DNA of 64,000 bases. It comes from Yuukianura sp. NJ FZ-2021 (taxonomy: Eukaryota). The notes beneath the pieces were generated by a model. That model searched no databases. It had not been told where the DNA came from and saw nothing but the letters and a program-made list of their open reading frames with translations. Both the position numbers and the translations under genes were made by a program. Below, one piece after another: positions 63,491 to 64,000 of this stretch. Positions within the stretch are counted from its first letter, which is position 1; every line of letters starts with the position of its first letter. The stretch is from NCBI GenBank assembly GCA_046563655.1, contig CM102288.1, positions 6,262,001-6,326,000 of the forward strand, read 5' to 3'.

Positions 63491-64000
63491 CTAAAACCAA
63501 CATTCAACCACTTTTAGACACAGTAGAATGTGGAGAGGTCATGAAAGGTCAAGGTCATTTGAGTATTTTGGGAGTGTCATGGAGAATCGATAGGCTGGTG
63601 CTCCCATTAGTTTCAGTCATTATCCATATCCTACCCTTAATTGCCTCGTTTCTCCTCCAGATAAGATACACTTTCACCGACTCACAAAACCACTCTCCTG
63701 TACATCCATGTTCATTTTTGCCATAAGCTACTACTTTTTTTTGCTTTCAAAGCAAAAAAAGTAACAATTTTTGCAGCAAAATATTTTGCGTTTCAATTTT
63801 ACAGTGAAGGATTTTCCCTTAGTAAAAGATTCCGTCCTCACTGAAGCAATTTTGCATTTTAAACTTTACAACAAAAAGAGTTTGCCGTTAAACCATACAG
63901 CAAACATTTTGCCTTTAGATCCTTCTATCAGAACAAACTTTGCCCTTGAAAGCCTACAGCAAAAGAAAACTTTGCCCTTGTAGTCCACAGTAAAAGAAAC

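Overview
Eukaryotic, intron-rich, gene-dense animal DNA with short GT-AG introns. The gene set looks arthropod-like; a springtail/hexapod is plausible but is only an inference. Left to right: 3' part of a Sevenless/ROS1 receptor tyrosine kinase (+), an MSL1-like PEHE-domain gene (-), TRAPPC10 (+), a small secreted Cys/Gly peptide (+), two tandem GH1 glycosidases (-), a secreted cationic knottin-like protein (-) and an NPC2/ML-domain gene (+). The main finding follows at about 30.3-47.8 kb: a putative secondary-metabolite gene cluster built from spliced genes. It comprises a stand-alone PKS-type acyltransferase (+), an interposed Ly6-like gene (-), a single-module NRPS (partial C-A-T-C, -), a divergently transcribed gene fusing a glycogenin-like GT8 domain in frame to a type I PKS module (GT8-KS-AT-DH-ACP, about 1611 aa by my splice model, +) and an EamA/SLC35G transporter (+). 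Several catalytic motifs in the cluster are non-canonical while all reading frames stay intact. The window ends with thioredoxin, ERH and most of a Slo2/KCNT potassium channel (all -). Introns and intergenic DNA carry foldback/MITE elements, a TTAA-flanked piggyBac-like non-autonomous element, minisatellites and tRNA-like repeats. All gene models were spliced by eye and family calls come from recalled motifs; no database searches were run.
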